A stretch of 64,000 nucleotides of DNA from an uncultured delta proteobacterium (GCA_963752595.1 CAVVYZ010000015.1:160728-224727); one strand, 5' to 3'; counted from the first letter of the stretch, positions 1 through 12,807 are shown. Translations and numbers: made by a program. The notes: generated by a model from the letters alone, not told the origin.

Positions 1-2533
1 TTGGACATGGACCAGAACCCTGCCGTATATTTGCCGCCGCGGTAATTGATATGTTCCCAGAAACAGTCATGGGCAAGTTTTGTCACGCGGTTGGCTGTTG
101 CCAGAGCTTCCTCGTTGCCGGAGCCGAACAGCGAGGCCTTGTTTTTTATCAAGGCCAGCAGGGCAGGGGTTGTTTTCAAAATTGGTGTTGACGGCATCCA
201 GCAGTTCGCTAAAAGTTAACTTTCTTCTCTTCAAAGACAAGTTTTTTAATGACCATCAGCGAATCGGTGATATCGGCAAGGCCGATACAGGCAGTGCCGG
301 ATGAGTTGTAAAGAGCGCCGCCTTTGGTAACGTCCTTGCCCTTTTTCAGCGGGCCTTCGATCAGGGCGGAGATAAAAGGAGTCGGGCGGATGGCCTGATG
401 AGCCTCACCCAGAAGATTATTGTATTCACAGGTCTGATCAGCCAGAGAAACGAAGCTGTGTGGCGAAAGCGTTGAAGAACGATTCGTAATCCTTAAAGTC
501 TCCGGCCTTGATATCGCCGGTTTTCGGCCCCAGATCCCAGCGCATCAAGGGATGCCTGCCGTTGTTGAGAGCCATTTCGAGCGCCGCCACCATGTTGAAC
601 ATCATGCAGTTGGTGTGGCCGATATGGCGGCCGGAAAGGGTCGGCTCCACACAGCCGGTTGCCGACCAGTCCCGCAGATGCTCCGGCGGGATAATTGAAT
701 TCCGCGAGTGATGCCATGACAGCCTCGTCATTGTGGATCGAAGGAGTGGCGGTGGTATTCAAATTGACTTCGCAAAGCCGTTTCAGATATGTGGCGCTGT
801 TTTTTCCCTATTGTAACGGGCATTGACGTTGGGGTCGCGGATGGAGAGCATTTCCGTGATTTTCAGAAAGATATAAGTCATATCATTGACCGCGTCTTCG
901 CCTTCCGGCGTCACGCCGCCCAGGGTGATGGCCTGATCGGAGGAACTGCCGCCGAACAGATAGTTGCCGATGTCCGGTATCAAAGGCAGATGATCTGTGC
1001 AGCGCATGTAAAAACAGCCGATCAGTTCGATGGCGTGCTTTATATATGTTTCCTTCTTCTGCTTTATCACTGATTTTTTCCATGTCGGCTGAAAAATAAG
1101 GCTGAAGCCACTGATCCAGCCGTCCCAGCGAAAATCCGGCGTTGGTGTTTTCCATGTGCACGCCGACCCAGATTATCCACATGGCGTTAACGGCTTCATC
1201 GAGCGTCGTGCAGGGATTCTCCGGAACATTCCGGCAGATACCGGCAAGACGCTGAAGCTCTTCTTTGCGAACGGGATCAGTTTCATTCGACGCCTCAGTC
1301 GCAGCCTTTCTAGAAAGGTTTTCCGCGTAAGTGATGAGTCCTTCGAACAGATAATCATTGCTTCAAGGGTATCTTTCTGTTCAGTCTGATCGGCGTGCCC
1401 GTCCCTGGCAAGCTCTTCTCTGATTTCCCGGATAATCCCCTTCGCCCCCAGCCTTAATAGCTTGGGGTAATCGAGGATAGTGTGGGACAGAGCGAGCAGT
1501 CTTCCAGAGAAAATAGACGGCAAAGCGGTCATCAAGGCTCTGGCAGAGCGGCTTACTGTAGAATCTCTCACCCATTCCTTGAAGTTCCGCCTTGTCCAGA
1601 AGGGAAACACGGTGTGATGGAGGATTTCTCTGGTATCATCGCTGATATCGTAGGGAAAGAGCCGCCGGTAGGGGGTCGTAAGAGTTCACCCCAGATCATG
1701 GTTCCATGGGAATCGGGGTAAAGGACCACACCGATCTCATTTGTCGTGGTGGTTCCTGCGATGAGGTCATTTTTTCTGATAATGGGCTTCCTGTTCTCCA
1801 TGAGATGCTTGAATGCATTTGCCTGCCTGAGCTCGGGAACCCATGGCTTGCCGTCCTTCTTTGTTTCGAATCCATTGTTCCTGAACCATTGGGTGAGCAG
1901 CAACGGGCGTTCATGGCAGATGACAGGCTTTACCGTAAAATGGATGTCGAGGAATCTTTGGAGCCGGGGAAAATCCTTCAGGGAGTAGTGAGAAAGATAG
2001 GGATCATCCTTGAGGTACAATACGCCGGGATCAATTGTGTCTCCCTTGAGCTGTTTATTTTCGCCCCTTGCCGGAGACGGGTTCGCTCCTATCCCGGAGC
2101 AGGAAACTGCCGGACTTTCCTGTCCCTGGCTTTTCATCATCTCGATCTGCTTGCCTTTTACGAACAGCGAGATGAAAAAATTGAAGAGCTGGGCATACAC
2201 GAGGTTTCCCTTCACGATCAGCTTGTTCTTGAGGATGAGGTTGAGCACCTCGTTCGGAGGCAGTGAGGCCAGGTCCTTCAATATGGATGTGTCGAGAAAT
2301 ACCATCTCGGTATCGACGTCTGCAGGTATCTTTCCGGAAACATTGACCTTGCCGTCCCGGAATGATATGCACTGCTCCACATCCCCTTTTTCCGTACGAA
2401 GCCCTATCGAGAAATTGAACCGGCCGTCATCCGTGCACAGATATTCTTTGAATTTGGGCAGGTAGTTAAAAGAAAATGCCATGGCCTGCAGCGCCAAATG
2501 CGTCGCAATATTTGCCATATTCCCCTTGAACAT
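1..2533 (-). CDS. Glycyl radical enzyme (PFL-like, eliminase-type GCVEP) with N-terminal SCP2-like domain; frameshifted, 3' end outside window
   Basis: Fragments 1568-2563, 1173-1610, 883-1182, 783-1070, 493-762 and 438-731 join into a GRE (FSLGRLDQ, ITLGG, ATGCVEP, GGALYNSSG..GLADITDSL read by hand at 250-330); AGGAGG before ATG 2533. Confidence 0.85.
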
Positions 2534-2641
2534 AGACACCTCCTGTTTTCTCCAGGGGCACAATGCCTGAGAATGTATCAGGCCTTCATTTTTCCCCCTG
2601 GCCTCATGCCACGAGTAAAGAAGCCCTTTTGGACCGAAGGA

Positions 2642-3337
2642 TCACCCTGTATTACTTATCATTTCAGGTGTTATCTTCGGCTGAATGCCTTCACATCCGT
2701 CTCCTGCGATAACCGGTTTCAGGAGATCACGGGCAACCTGCTCGATGATCTGCTCCGGATTATCGTCTACCTCGGGGAGGACCCTGCTGTTGTAGAGAGC
2801 AATGATTCCATGAAGGGTGCTCCAGAGCTTTATGACGAAGTAGCGTGTTTGATCCGGGGGCATGCATTTTGTCATGCTGATCACGTCCTGAAGCGCCCTC
2901 GAAGTGATGTCAATGAGTTTCAGCGCAGTCTGTTTCTCGAAGAATGCCACGGGCTCGATCTCTGTGCCGACATAGTCCCGGTATTTTGGGGCATCGGAGG
3001 TGAACATGATATTGTAGTAGTGGGCCTTGTTTATCCCGAAATCGATGTATGCCCTCACCATATCCTGGAGCTTGCGGGCCGGGTCGCAGGCAGATTCATA
3101 AATACCGGCAAACCGCTGGTAAAGCATATCGAAACCTTTGGTAAGAATCATGAGATAGAGTTCGTCTTTGTTCGAATAATAGTTGTAAATGGTTGTTGCA
3201 GTCATACCCAGGCGGGAGGCGAGCTTTCTCATACTGAAGGAAGTGAATCCGTGCTCTGAGATAAGAGCGAGAGCTTCATCAAGAATTTTTTCCCTGATAA
3301 GTTCTCTGTCTTCTTGACTCCGAGGTATCTTTGGCAT
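2642..3337 (-). CDS. TetR/AcrR family transcriptional regulator
   Basis: HTH FSMRKLASRLGMTATTIYNYYSNKDEL; C-terminal LWSTLHG. Confidence 0.92.
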   Translation of the reverse strand: MPKIPRSQEDRELIREKILDEALALISEHGFTSFSMRKLASRLGMTATTIYNYYSNKDELYLMILTKGFDMLYQRFAGIYESACDPARKLQDMVRAYIDFGINKAHYYNIMFTSDAPKYRDYVGTEIEPVAFFEKQTALKLIDITSRALQDVISMTKCMPPDQTRYFVIKLWSTLHGIIALYNSRVLPEVDDNPEQIIEQVARDLLKPVIAGDGCEGIQPKITPEMISNTG

Positions 3338-3354
3338 ATATATCCTTTAAAGAA

Positions 3355-3380
3355 TAACACTGTTAAGATAACATTGTTAT
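3355..3380. promoter_or_regulatory. Tandem palindromes TAACAnTGTTA, probable TetR operator
   Basis: TAACACTGTTA (3355-3365) and ATAACATTGTTAT (3368-3380) just upstream of the tetR start, in the divergent tetR/AOR intergenic region. Confidence 0.7.
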
Positions 3381-3581
3381 ATTAACCTCGGCACTTAAGG
3401 ATGTCAAGGAATGTATTGATACGGATTTTGGGTTATAAAGAGCAGAGCTGTAATGCATGGGAAGATGATATCCCTTTCACTCCGGAGAAAGGGCTGAATG
3501 CACCGAAACCTCTTGGGGAAAAGGCTGGATTGAACGGATCGCAACACACTTGTCCATCTGCAATAAACAAAAGGAGGGCAC

Positions 3582-5545
3582 ATGAATCGAGGATATATGG
3601 GAAAGATCCTGATGGTCGACCTCGCAACAGGATTCCGGGAAGAGACGATCCCCGATGAGGTCTATGAGAAGTACCTTTCAGGGCTGGGCCTTGCAGCATA
3701 CCTCCTGTACGACCGGATACCTGCAGGCGCCGATCCGCTGGGACCGGATAATATACTCGGATTCGTTTCCGGGCTTCTGACGGGGACCGGCAGCCTCTTT
3801 TGCCGGCAGGTGGATGGTGGTGGGAAAGTCTCCGCTCACCGGCGGCTGGGGCGATGCCAATTGCGGCGGCTCCTTCTCTCCTGCCATCAAGCGTTGCGGC
3901 TATGACGGGATATTCTTTACCGGGATCAGCGAAAAGCCGGTCTTTCTTTATATCAAGAATGGTAAGGTCGAGCTCAGGGATGCTGCATCCCTCTGGGGCA
4001 AAGATACCATCGGAGACAGAAGAGATCCTGCAGGAGGAATACGGTGAAGGACGCCCGGGTGGCGGTAATCGGCCCTGCGGGAGAAAGACTCTCCTTGATC
4101 TCGGGGATCATGCAATGACAAGGGAAGGCTTGCAGCCAGATCAGGTCTCGGTGCGGTCATGGGTTCAAAACGGCTCAAGGCAGTGGTGCTCGACGGAAAG
4201 AAACGGATCGGTCTCCATATCGGGATGAAGTGCAGAAACTGAGCAAGACATGCAACAAGTGGGTACAGTTCCAGCTTCCCCTCGGTCCGGGCATCGGCGT
4301 GGGATTCCTGGGCACCCTACTGAGGGTTCTGCCGACTGCCATGGCACATGGACGGCTTGATTTACAAGATGATCCTAAGGCAATGGGGCACCGGGGGTTG
4401 AACCAGATGTCTCCCGAATGGGGTGATTCTCCCATCAAGAACTGGAAGGGGAGCAATGTCGACTGGCCCATGAAAAGGTCGAAATCCGCCAGATCCGGAC
4501 CGCATCAAGAAATATGCGAAGCAGAAGTACCACTGCTACTCCTGTCCTCTCGGGATGCGGAGGGAACTGCTCAATACCGGCAAGTACAGCGAGACGCACA
4601 AGCCCGAGTACGAGTCGGTCCTCGCCCTGGGCGGGCTTTGCATGAACGAGGATACGGACAGCCTCTTCTATCTCAACGAAATGCTGAACCGGGCGGGAAT
4701 GGATACCATCTCGGCAGGCGCCACCGTGGCCTTTGCCATGGAATGCTACGAAAAGGGCATCCTCACAAAGGAAGATACCGGACGGCATCGATCTGTACCT
4801 GGGGCAATGCGAGCGGGATAATCGCACTGATTCACAAGATGATAAACCGGGAAGGGATCGGAGATATCCTTGCGGACGGCTCCAAGGTGGCATGCAGGAG
4901 AAGATCGGCAAGGGAGCAGAAAAATATGCCGTCCACGCAGGCGGCCAGGAACCGGCCATGCATGACGGCAGGCATGGACCCGGGCTTTGCCGTACATTAT
5001 TCGGTGGAACCCACCCCCGGCCGGCATACCATCGGTTCCCAGCTCTATTATGAGATGTTCCAGCTCTGGAAAAAGGTCAAGGGGTTGCCGAAGAAATGGC
5101 CGTTCCAGATCTACCACAAGAACAGCAGGTATACGGCGCATCACAGAGCAGGCCCGTGAAGCTGCTGCGTGCAGCAAATACATGAACGTGGTGAACGGTG
5201 CGGGTATCTGCATGTTCGGTGCCTTCCTCGGTATCACGAGAACCCCCACATTCGACTGGCTCAATGCGGTCACAGGCTGGAATAAGACCCCGAAGAGTAC
5301 ATGGAGATCGGCGAGCGGATCCAGACGATGAAGCAGGCATTCAACATCAAGCATGGGATAGAGCCGAAGAGCGAACAAGCTGAGCGACGTGCACTCGGAA
5401 GGGGCCGCTCGCATGCAGGGCGCCAACAAAGGCAGGACGGTTCTCATCGAAAAGATGATGAGCGATTACTGGGACCAGTTCGGATGGGACCCTGTCAACC
5501 GGCAAACCTACCCCGGAATGTCTGGCACGTCTTGGGATAGAAGCT
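3582..5545 (+). CDS. Aldehyde:ferredoxin oxidoreductase family protein (W/Mo); frameshifted, end approximate
   Basis: GYMGKILMVDL, DPLGPDNIL, KSPLTGGWGDANCGG, KPEYES, GMDTISAG, REGIGDILADG across several frames. Confidence 0.88.
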
Positions 5546-5567
5546 TGATAGTAAAGCTAAAGGGAGG

Positions 5568-6005
5568 ATGACGATGCCTTTCACGATTACACAGGCATGT
5601 AACGGGTGCCAGGCATGTAGGAGGATTTGCCCCGCAGATGCAATCTCAGGTGAAAAGAAAAAACTCATACCATCGACGGACACGGTATGCATAGAATGCG
5701 GTGCATGCGGCAGGATATGTCCCCAACAGGCCGATCCTGGATGGCTCGGGAAAGGCATGTACGCATGGTCAAACGTTCCCAGTGGAAGAACCCGCAGTTC
5801 GAGGATGAAGACCTGCATGTCGTGCACCATCTGCATCGATGCCTGCCCGGTGAACTGTCTTGCCCTTACGGAAGCAAATAAGGCAAGGGACCTGCATGGG
5901 TATCCGTACCTGAAGGATGAGAAGGCCTGCATCGGATGCGGATTCTGTGCAGCCGAGTGCCCGGTGGATGCGATTAGCCATGAGACCCTTGCCCAAGGAG
6001 GCTAA
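5568..6005 (+). CDS. Polyferredoxin, 4Fe-4S dicluster protein
   Basis: Four CxxCxxCxxxCP motifs. Confidence 0.88.
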   Translation: MTMPFTITQACNGCQACRRICPADAISGEKKKLIPSTDTVCIECGACGRICPQQADPGWLGKGMYAWSNVPSGRTRSSRMKTCMSCTICIDACPVNCLALTEANKARDLHGYPYLKDEKACIGCGFCAAECPVDAISHETLAQGG

Positions 6006-6092
6006 GCTCCATGAAACCGTGGAAAGAGGCCGCATAACAGTATGCGGGGCATGTCTGATTGAAGTGCCCCGGTCTTCACCTGGTGCATTTCG

Positions 6093-6876
6093 TCAGAACA
6101 TGATTGCGGTGAGGAAGTAGTCGGCAATAAGGATGCAGACCGAAGATATGACGACCGAGTATGGTGGTGGAATTGCCGACACCTTCGGCACCGCCGCTCG
6201 GTGCTGTATCCTTTGTAGCATCCCACCAATGACAGGATGAACCCGAAGAAGGTCGCCTTTGCCAGCCCGTGTGAAAAGATCCGAGATAGTATGACATAAT
6301 CGACGATCCGGGCCATGAAGATTCCCTCATCGATGTGCGAGGAGCTCGACCCCCACCAGATAGGACCCGAAAACGCCGAATGCTGTCGAAGAGAGGGTGA
6401 GCATGGGCATCATGACGATCGTGGCAATGATCCGGGGAATGACGAGGTACTGAAAGGGGTTGACCCCCATGACGGTCAAGGGCGTCAACCTGTTCGGTTA
6501 CCCGCATGGTGCCGATCTCGGCGGTCATGGCAGATCCGGCCCGGGCAGTTACCATGAGGGATGCGAGCACCGGGCCCAGTTCTCTGAACAGCCCGAGCGT
6601 AGTGGTGGACCCGACCAGGGATTCCGCCCCGAAGAGGCTGAACCCATGATGGGTCTGCAGTGCGCTCACCATCCCGGTGAACATGCCGGTGAGCAGTACA
6701 ACTGCTGGTCGGACCGCATCCCGATGAACTCCATCTGCTTGAAGAACTGCTTCAAGAACACGGGAGGCCTGATCAGCCAGTAGATCATGTCTGATAGATA
6801 GAAGAGTGCAGATGCGCCAACCTGTTCAAGAGAATGAAATGGTCAGCCTGTCCGATGATATGCGAAACATCTTCAT
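6093..6876 (-). CDS. mlaE: MlaE-family ABC transporter permease; frameshifted
   Basis: RELGPVLASLMVTARAGSAMTAEIGTMRVTEQVDAL; GAEGVG. Confidence 0.85.
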
Positions 6877-6886
6877 TTGTTCCCAG

Positions 6887-8375
<1,489 letters not shown>

Positions 8376-8378
8376 AGG

Positions 8379-8960
8379 TTAAACCTCCCCGATAGGATGT
8401 AAGGCCAGGCCGAAGCCTTTCAGGTCTTGATAGAGATCGGACAGGGGGAGCCCGATCACATTCGTATAGGATCCTTCGATCCTGTCGACAAAGATGGAAC
8501 CGATTCCCTGCAATCCGTATGAACCGGCCTTGTCCATTGGCTCTCCCGTGGATACGTACCAGACGACTTCCTCAGAACTCATATTCCGGAAATAGACATT
8601 TGTACGGATTACCCGTGTAGTGCTACTTGTTTCATGAATAACCGTGTACCCGGTATACACCTCATGCATTGCGCCTTGCAAGAGCATGAGGTGATCACAG
8701 GCTTCCTGTTTATCAAGGGGCTTTCCGAGAATCTTTCCTTCGATCACGACCACCGTGTCCGCAGCAATAATGAGCGCATCAGGATGCTCATGCCGGACAG
8801 ACCGGGCCTTGTCCTCGCTGAGCCTGGAACAGTACCGGCTTGGTGCTTCCCCGTTTTGTATCGTTTCATCGACAAGGGGCACAAGCACCTCGAAATCCAA
8901 TCCCAACCGGGAAAAGAGTTCTTTTCTCCTCGGAGAAGCCGATGCCAATAATATCTTCAT
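8379..8960 (-). CDS. maf: Maf family nucleoside triphosphate pyrophosphatase
   Basis: LASASPRR, ADTVV, DKAGSYG, NVIGLP. Confidence 0.93.
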   Translation of the reverse strand: MKILLASASPRRKELFSRLGLDFEVLVPLVDETIQNGEAPSRYCSRLSEDKARSVRHEHPDALIIAADTVVVIEGKILGKPLDKQEACDHLMLLQGAMHEVYTGYTVIHETSSTTRVIRTNVYFRNMSSEEVVWYVSTGEPMDKAGSYGLQGIGSIFVDRIEGSYTNVIGLPLSDLYQDLKGFGLALHPIGEV

Positions 8961-9020
8961 AATGGAGAGACACACTATGCAAAATAAAAAGATCTGTCAA
9001 TGCGGGTAGTTTAAAGAGGA

Positions 9021-9389
9021 TCAGGTTCGTTCGCTTTTGAAACGGGGGGTTACCGACTTTCCCTGCCGGTAGCCTTTCATGGAGGTCTTGTTCTTCCTGA
9101 TCGTGCCGATGGCATTCGAGATTTCCTGGGTGCCTTTCTTTAATTCTGCAATCAGGTCTGATTGGATGGTCTGGATTTCCTTGAGCAGGCCTAAACTTGC
9201 CTTGTCGAGCTTCAACGGGGCAGGTGCAGAGAGAAGATTGTCAAGCCGCGTCTGGAATGCAACCGATATCTGAGCGAGCTTACCGAAGTCTTCCAGATTT
9301 CCATCGAGCAAAACCTGGACTTGCTTCAGGGTAAGAGCATGCCACTGCCTGATGCTCTTTATGATGTTTTCTTTATTATCTTCTCCCAT
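9021..9389 (-). CDS. Small helical protein, possibly FliT/FlgN-like flagellar chaperone
   Basis: 122 aa helical ORF directly after fliS. Confidence 0.5.
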   Translation of the reverse strand: MGEDNKENIIKSIRQWHALTLKQVQVLLDGNLEDFGKLAQISVAFQTRLDNLLSAPAPLKLDKASLGLLKEIQTIQSDLIAELKKGTQEISNAIGTIRKNKTSMKGYRQGKSVTPRFKSERT

Positions 9390-9736
9390 GATTCCTTCAG
9401 TTCCTGGAGGTAGCTTATCACCTCGTCAGCGGCTTCGATATTCTTATTATACTCGGCATCAATAACGCGCCGTATCATGTAATTGTACAGGGATTCCAGA
9501 TTATGAGCGATTTCCCCTGCATCGAAATTGAGGCTGTTCAAGAGCTCCCAGAGAATATTCTGTACCTTGTTGAGACAATTGACACGTGCCGGCTCATCAT
9601 TGTCCTGCTGGGCCTTCTGGGCTTTTTTCAAAAAATTGATAGCTCCGTCGTAGCACATAAGGATAAGGCTTCCCTGATCTGCAGTTTGGATCTGGGTTTT
9701 TTTGTAAGCCTCATAGCCTGTTGGATTCATATACAT
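9359..9736 (-). CDS. fliS: Flagellar export chaperone FliS
   Basis: AYKKTQIQTADQGSLILMCYDGAI...LESLYNYM...ELKESW. Confidence 0.9.
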   Translation of the reverse strand: MYMNPTGYEAYKKTQIQTADQGSLILMCYDGAINFLKKAQKAQQDNDEPARVNCLNKVQNILWELLNSLNFDAGEIAHNLESLYNYMIRRVIDAEYNKNIEAADEVISYLQELKESWEKIIKKTS

Positions 9737-9803
9737 TACCGACCCTCCCCCACCAAGAGATGCTAAAAGCATTATCGGATTCTGAATTTATTTCTTGAGA
9801 GGA

Positions 9804-10973
9804 TTATAATTTGGTTAGAGCTTCTTTTATCCTGTCGATTCCATTTATTATGTTCTGCTCGGAAGTAGCGAATGAGAGCCGTATGTGGTCCGCTGCTCCG
9901 AACTCTTCTCCGGGTACTACTGCTACCAGGGCATTTTCGAGAAGATAATTCGTGAGCCCGTTCGACCCGCCGAACCGTTCCAAATACCCGGGTATGGAAG
10001 GAAAGGAATAAAAGGACCCCTGGGGAGGTATGATATCGAAACCGGGCACCCCTCTGAGCTTTGATACGATGAGGCCGCGTCGTTTCTCGAATATCTTCCT
10101 GCGCTCTTCCACGATTGCTTGGTCCGCTGTCAGAGATACATAGGCGCCTTTCTGGGCAAAGCTGGTGGGATTGGAAGTGCTCTGGCTCTGGAGCCTTGTC
10201 ATTGCTTTGATGACCGCACTGTCTCCGATGCAGTACCCGATCCTCCAGCCTGTCATGGCGTAGGTCTTGGATGATCCGTCGATGATGAAGGTCCTCTTGG
10301 CAACTTCAGGGGAGATCGTTGCCATGGAGAAGAATTCAATATCATCAAAGATGAGCTTCCGGTAGATGTCGTCGGAGATGATGACTATATCCTTCTCGAC
10401 GCATAAAGAGGCAATCTTCTCGAGTTCTTTCCTCTCGAAAACCATGCCCGTAGGGTTGGATGGCGAGTTTATGATAATGCCTCTGGTCCTGGAGGTTATG
10501 GCCTCCTTTACCATATCGGCGGTAAGGTGCATCCTGTTTTTCCGCGTATCGATAATCACGGCCTTGGCTCCGGTCATTTCGATCATCGGCGGATAGGAGA
10601 CCCAATACGGGGCAGGACAGATGACCTCGTCTCCTCCCTCGAACAGCGTATAGAAGAGGTTGTAGAGGCTGTGCTTCGCACCGCAGGAGACTATGACGTT
10701 GTCGGGTGTAACCTTCAGGCCGTAATCCGAGAATACGTCGGCGCAAATTGCTTCCCTGAGCTGCGTGGTTCCTGCCACAGGCGTGTATTTCGTATCACCT
10801 TTCTGCAAGGCCTCGATGGCAGCGTTTTTTATATGGTCAGGCGTATCAAAGTCAGGCTCGCCGGCTCCGAAGCCGATGACATTCTTTCCAGAAGCCTTCA
10901 ACGCATTGACCTTTGCCGTTATAGCCAGGGTAGGTGATGCGGGGATTTTTGCAACAACCTTTGAAATTTTCAT
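9804..10973 (-). CDS. PLP-dependent class I aminotransferase (aspartate aminotransferase-like)
   Basis: GAGEPDFDTP, NSPSNPTG, SKTYAMTGWRIG. Confidence 0.93.
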   Translation of the reverse strand: MKISKVVAKIPASPTLAITAKVNALKASGKNVIGFGAGEPDFDTPDHIKNAAIEALQKGDTKYTPVAGTTQLREAICADVFSDYGLKVTPDNVIVSCGAKHSLYNLFYTLFEGGDEVICPAPYWVSYPPMIEMTGAKAVIIDTRKNRMHLTADMVKEAITSRTRGIIINSPSNPTGMVFERKELEKIASLCVEKDIVIISDDIYRKLIFDDIEFFSMATISPEVAKRTFIIDGSSKTYAMTGWRIGYCIGDSAVIKAMTRLQSQSTSNPTSFAQKGAYVSLTADQAIVEERRKIFEKRRGLIVSKLRGVPGFDIIPPQGSFYSFPSIPGYLERFGGSNGLTNYLLENALVAVVPGEEFGAADHIRLSFATSEQNIINGIDRIKEALTKL

Positions 10974-10998
10974 CGTTAATTTTCCTCGCTCTTCGTTG

Positions 10999-11493
10999 TT
11001 AATGATTCATCCTGGGGAATTTTTCCCGGAGTTTATCGAGAACCGGATCGGGGACGAGCCCTTTTACCGATCCCCCTGCAGCAGATGTTGCCTTGATAAT
11101 AGTAGAGCTCACGAAAAGATTGTTGTAATCGGTCATGAGAAAGAACGTTTCGATTTTGTTGCATAACCGCCTGTTCATGAGGGCAAGCTGCAACTCCATC
11201 TCAAAATCAGATATGACCCTCAGTCCCCTGAGGATTGCACATGCATCCACCTTCAGAATATACTCAACGAGGAGGCCTTCAAAGGTATCCACCCCGATCC
11301 TTGGATTGTCGCCCACCGATGCACTGATCATCTCGATCTTTTCTTCCGTGCTAAAGAGATCACTCTTGAGGGGGTTGTGACCGATGGCGATAATGACCTT
11401 GTCAAAGACGCATAAGCCCCGGTTGACGATATCCAAGTGGCCGTTCGTTATCGGATCGAACGATCCGGGACAGACTGCGATCCTTTTTTTCAT
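10999..11493 (-). CDS. coaD: Pantetheine-phosphate adenylyltransferase
   Basis: PGSFDPITNGHLD, RGLR, VSST. Confidence 0.96.
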   Translation of the reverse strand: MKKRIAVCPGSFDPITNGHLDIVNRGLCVFDKVIIAIGHNPLKSDLFSTEEKIEMISASVGDNPRIGVDTFEGLLVEYILKVDACAILRGLRVISDFEMELQLALMNRRLCNKIETFFLMTDYNNLFVSSTIIKATSAAGGSVKGLVPDPVLDKLREKFPRMNH

Positions 11494-12020
11494 GATTCAT
11501 CCTTCATGCTGTATGTGATCATGGTATCGCCATATGTGCGGGTTTTCCAAGGCTTAATTGGAATGAACTCGTTGGGCGAGTGCTCGATTACCAGCACACC
11601 TCCAGTTTTAACAAATCTATATACATGAGGTGCCAATTCAGAGGCAAGTCCTTTATTATACGGAGGGTCCATAAAAATCACATCGTATGTGTCCCGGCAT
11701 TTTTCCAGGAAGGTGCGGGCATCGGACCTGATGATTTTCGCCCGGTCGAAGGCCTGTAAAGTACTCAGGTTCTTTTCGATAATCCCGGTGCATACCTTTG
11801 ATGCATCTACAAACGTGACCTCGGATGATCCTCTGCTCAGTGCCTCTATCCCGAGGTTGCCGCTGCCGGCGAACAGATCCAGGACATGTGTCCCGGCAAG
11901 GTCAAAGGGTATTGTGGAAAAGACGGCCTGCTTCACCTTGTCGGTCGTGGGCCTCACCCCTTTGACGGGGCATCCGATCTTCCTGGACCGGTAGATCCCT
12001 GAACATATTCGAATAGCCAT
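11490..12020 (-). CDS. rsmD: 16S rRNA m2G966 methyltransferase
   Basis: RPTTDKVKQAVF, LDLFAGSG, EALSRG, DPPY; adjacent to coaD. Confidence 0.93.
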   Translation of the reverse strand: MAIRICSGIYRSRKIGCPVKGVRPTTDKVKQAVFSTIPFDLAGTHVLDLFAGSGNLGIEALSRGSSEVTFVDASKVCTGIIEKNLSTLQAFDRAKIIRSDARTFLEKCRDTYDVIFMDPPYNKGLASELAPHVYRFVKTGGVLVIEHSPNEFIPIKPWKTRTYGDTMITYSMKDES

Positions 12021-12093
12021 GACGATTGAAGATAGGGGATATTCCCCATGAGGTCAATATGGATCGGTTCAGCAGAGCGACTTTTTTTAAGCC

Positions 12094-12807
12094 TTAAGAT
12101 TCTATCTCGCGGACAATCCTCTCCACCGCATCGACCGGGTCGGCCGAATGACTGATGGGCCTGCCGATGACCATGAGATCAGCACCTGATTCTATCGCAC
12201 TCTTCGGTGTGGCGATCCTCTTCTGATCCCCTGTCGCAGACCACTGAGGCCTGATGCCGGGGGTGATGATAACGGTTTCCCGGGGCACCCTCGGGCGGAC
12301 GAATGAGAGGTCTGCCGGTGAGCACACGATGCCGTCTATTCCCTGTCCACAAGCCAGTTCAACCAGGCCGCTCACGTGATCCTTTATGGATCTCTCGACG
12401 CCCAGGCCGGGCAGATCTTCCTGGCTCAATGAGGTGAGCACGCTCACACCAATGATCCTGGGTCTGGAGATTCCTAAGGAGCCTGATTCTTCTTTCGCTG
12501 CATCCAGTGCTGCCCTGATCATTTCACGGCCCCCTGAGATATGGATGGTCATCATCTGAGCTTTGAGCCTTACGGCTGACCGCACTGCCCCTGCCACGGT
12601 ATTGGGGATATCATGGAATTTCAGGTCGAGGAAGCACTTGATACCCGAAGAAGTGATGAGTTCGACGACCTCCGGACCGGCTGCACTGAAAAGCTCAAGG
12701 CCTACCTTGAACCACCCCACATGGGAACCGAGCTTTTTGATCCAGGTTTGAGCCGATGCCATATCGCCCACATCGAGGGCGAAGATTATCCGATCTTTTG
12801 CAACCAT
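12094..12807 (-). CDS. pyrF: Orotidine-5'-phosphate decarboxylase
   Basis: FLDLKFHDIPNTV, TPGIRP, DQKR, IGRPI. Confidence 0.96.
   Translation of the reverse strand: MVAKDRIIFALDVGDMASAQTWIKKLGSHVGWFKVGLELFSAAGPEVVELITSSGIKCFLDLKFHDIPNTVAGAVRSAVRLKAQMMTIHISGGREMIRAALDAAKEESGSLGISRPRIIGVSVLTSLSQEDLPGLGVERSIKDHVSGLVELACGQGIDGIVCSPADLSFVRPRVPRETVIITPGIRPQWSATGDQKRIATPKSAIESGADLMVIGRPISHSADPVDAVERIVREIES

Noticed and set aside
3470-3580. Moco/tungsten riboswitch upstream of AOR
   Set aside because: Only one clear hairpin (ccctttc/gaaaggg); conserved Moco motif elements are not in order.
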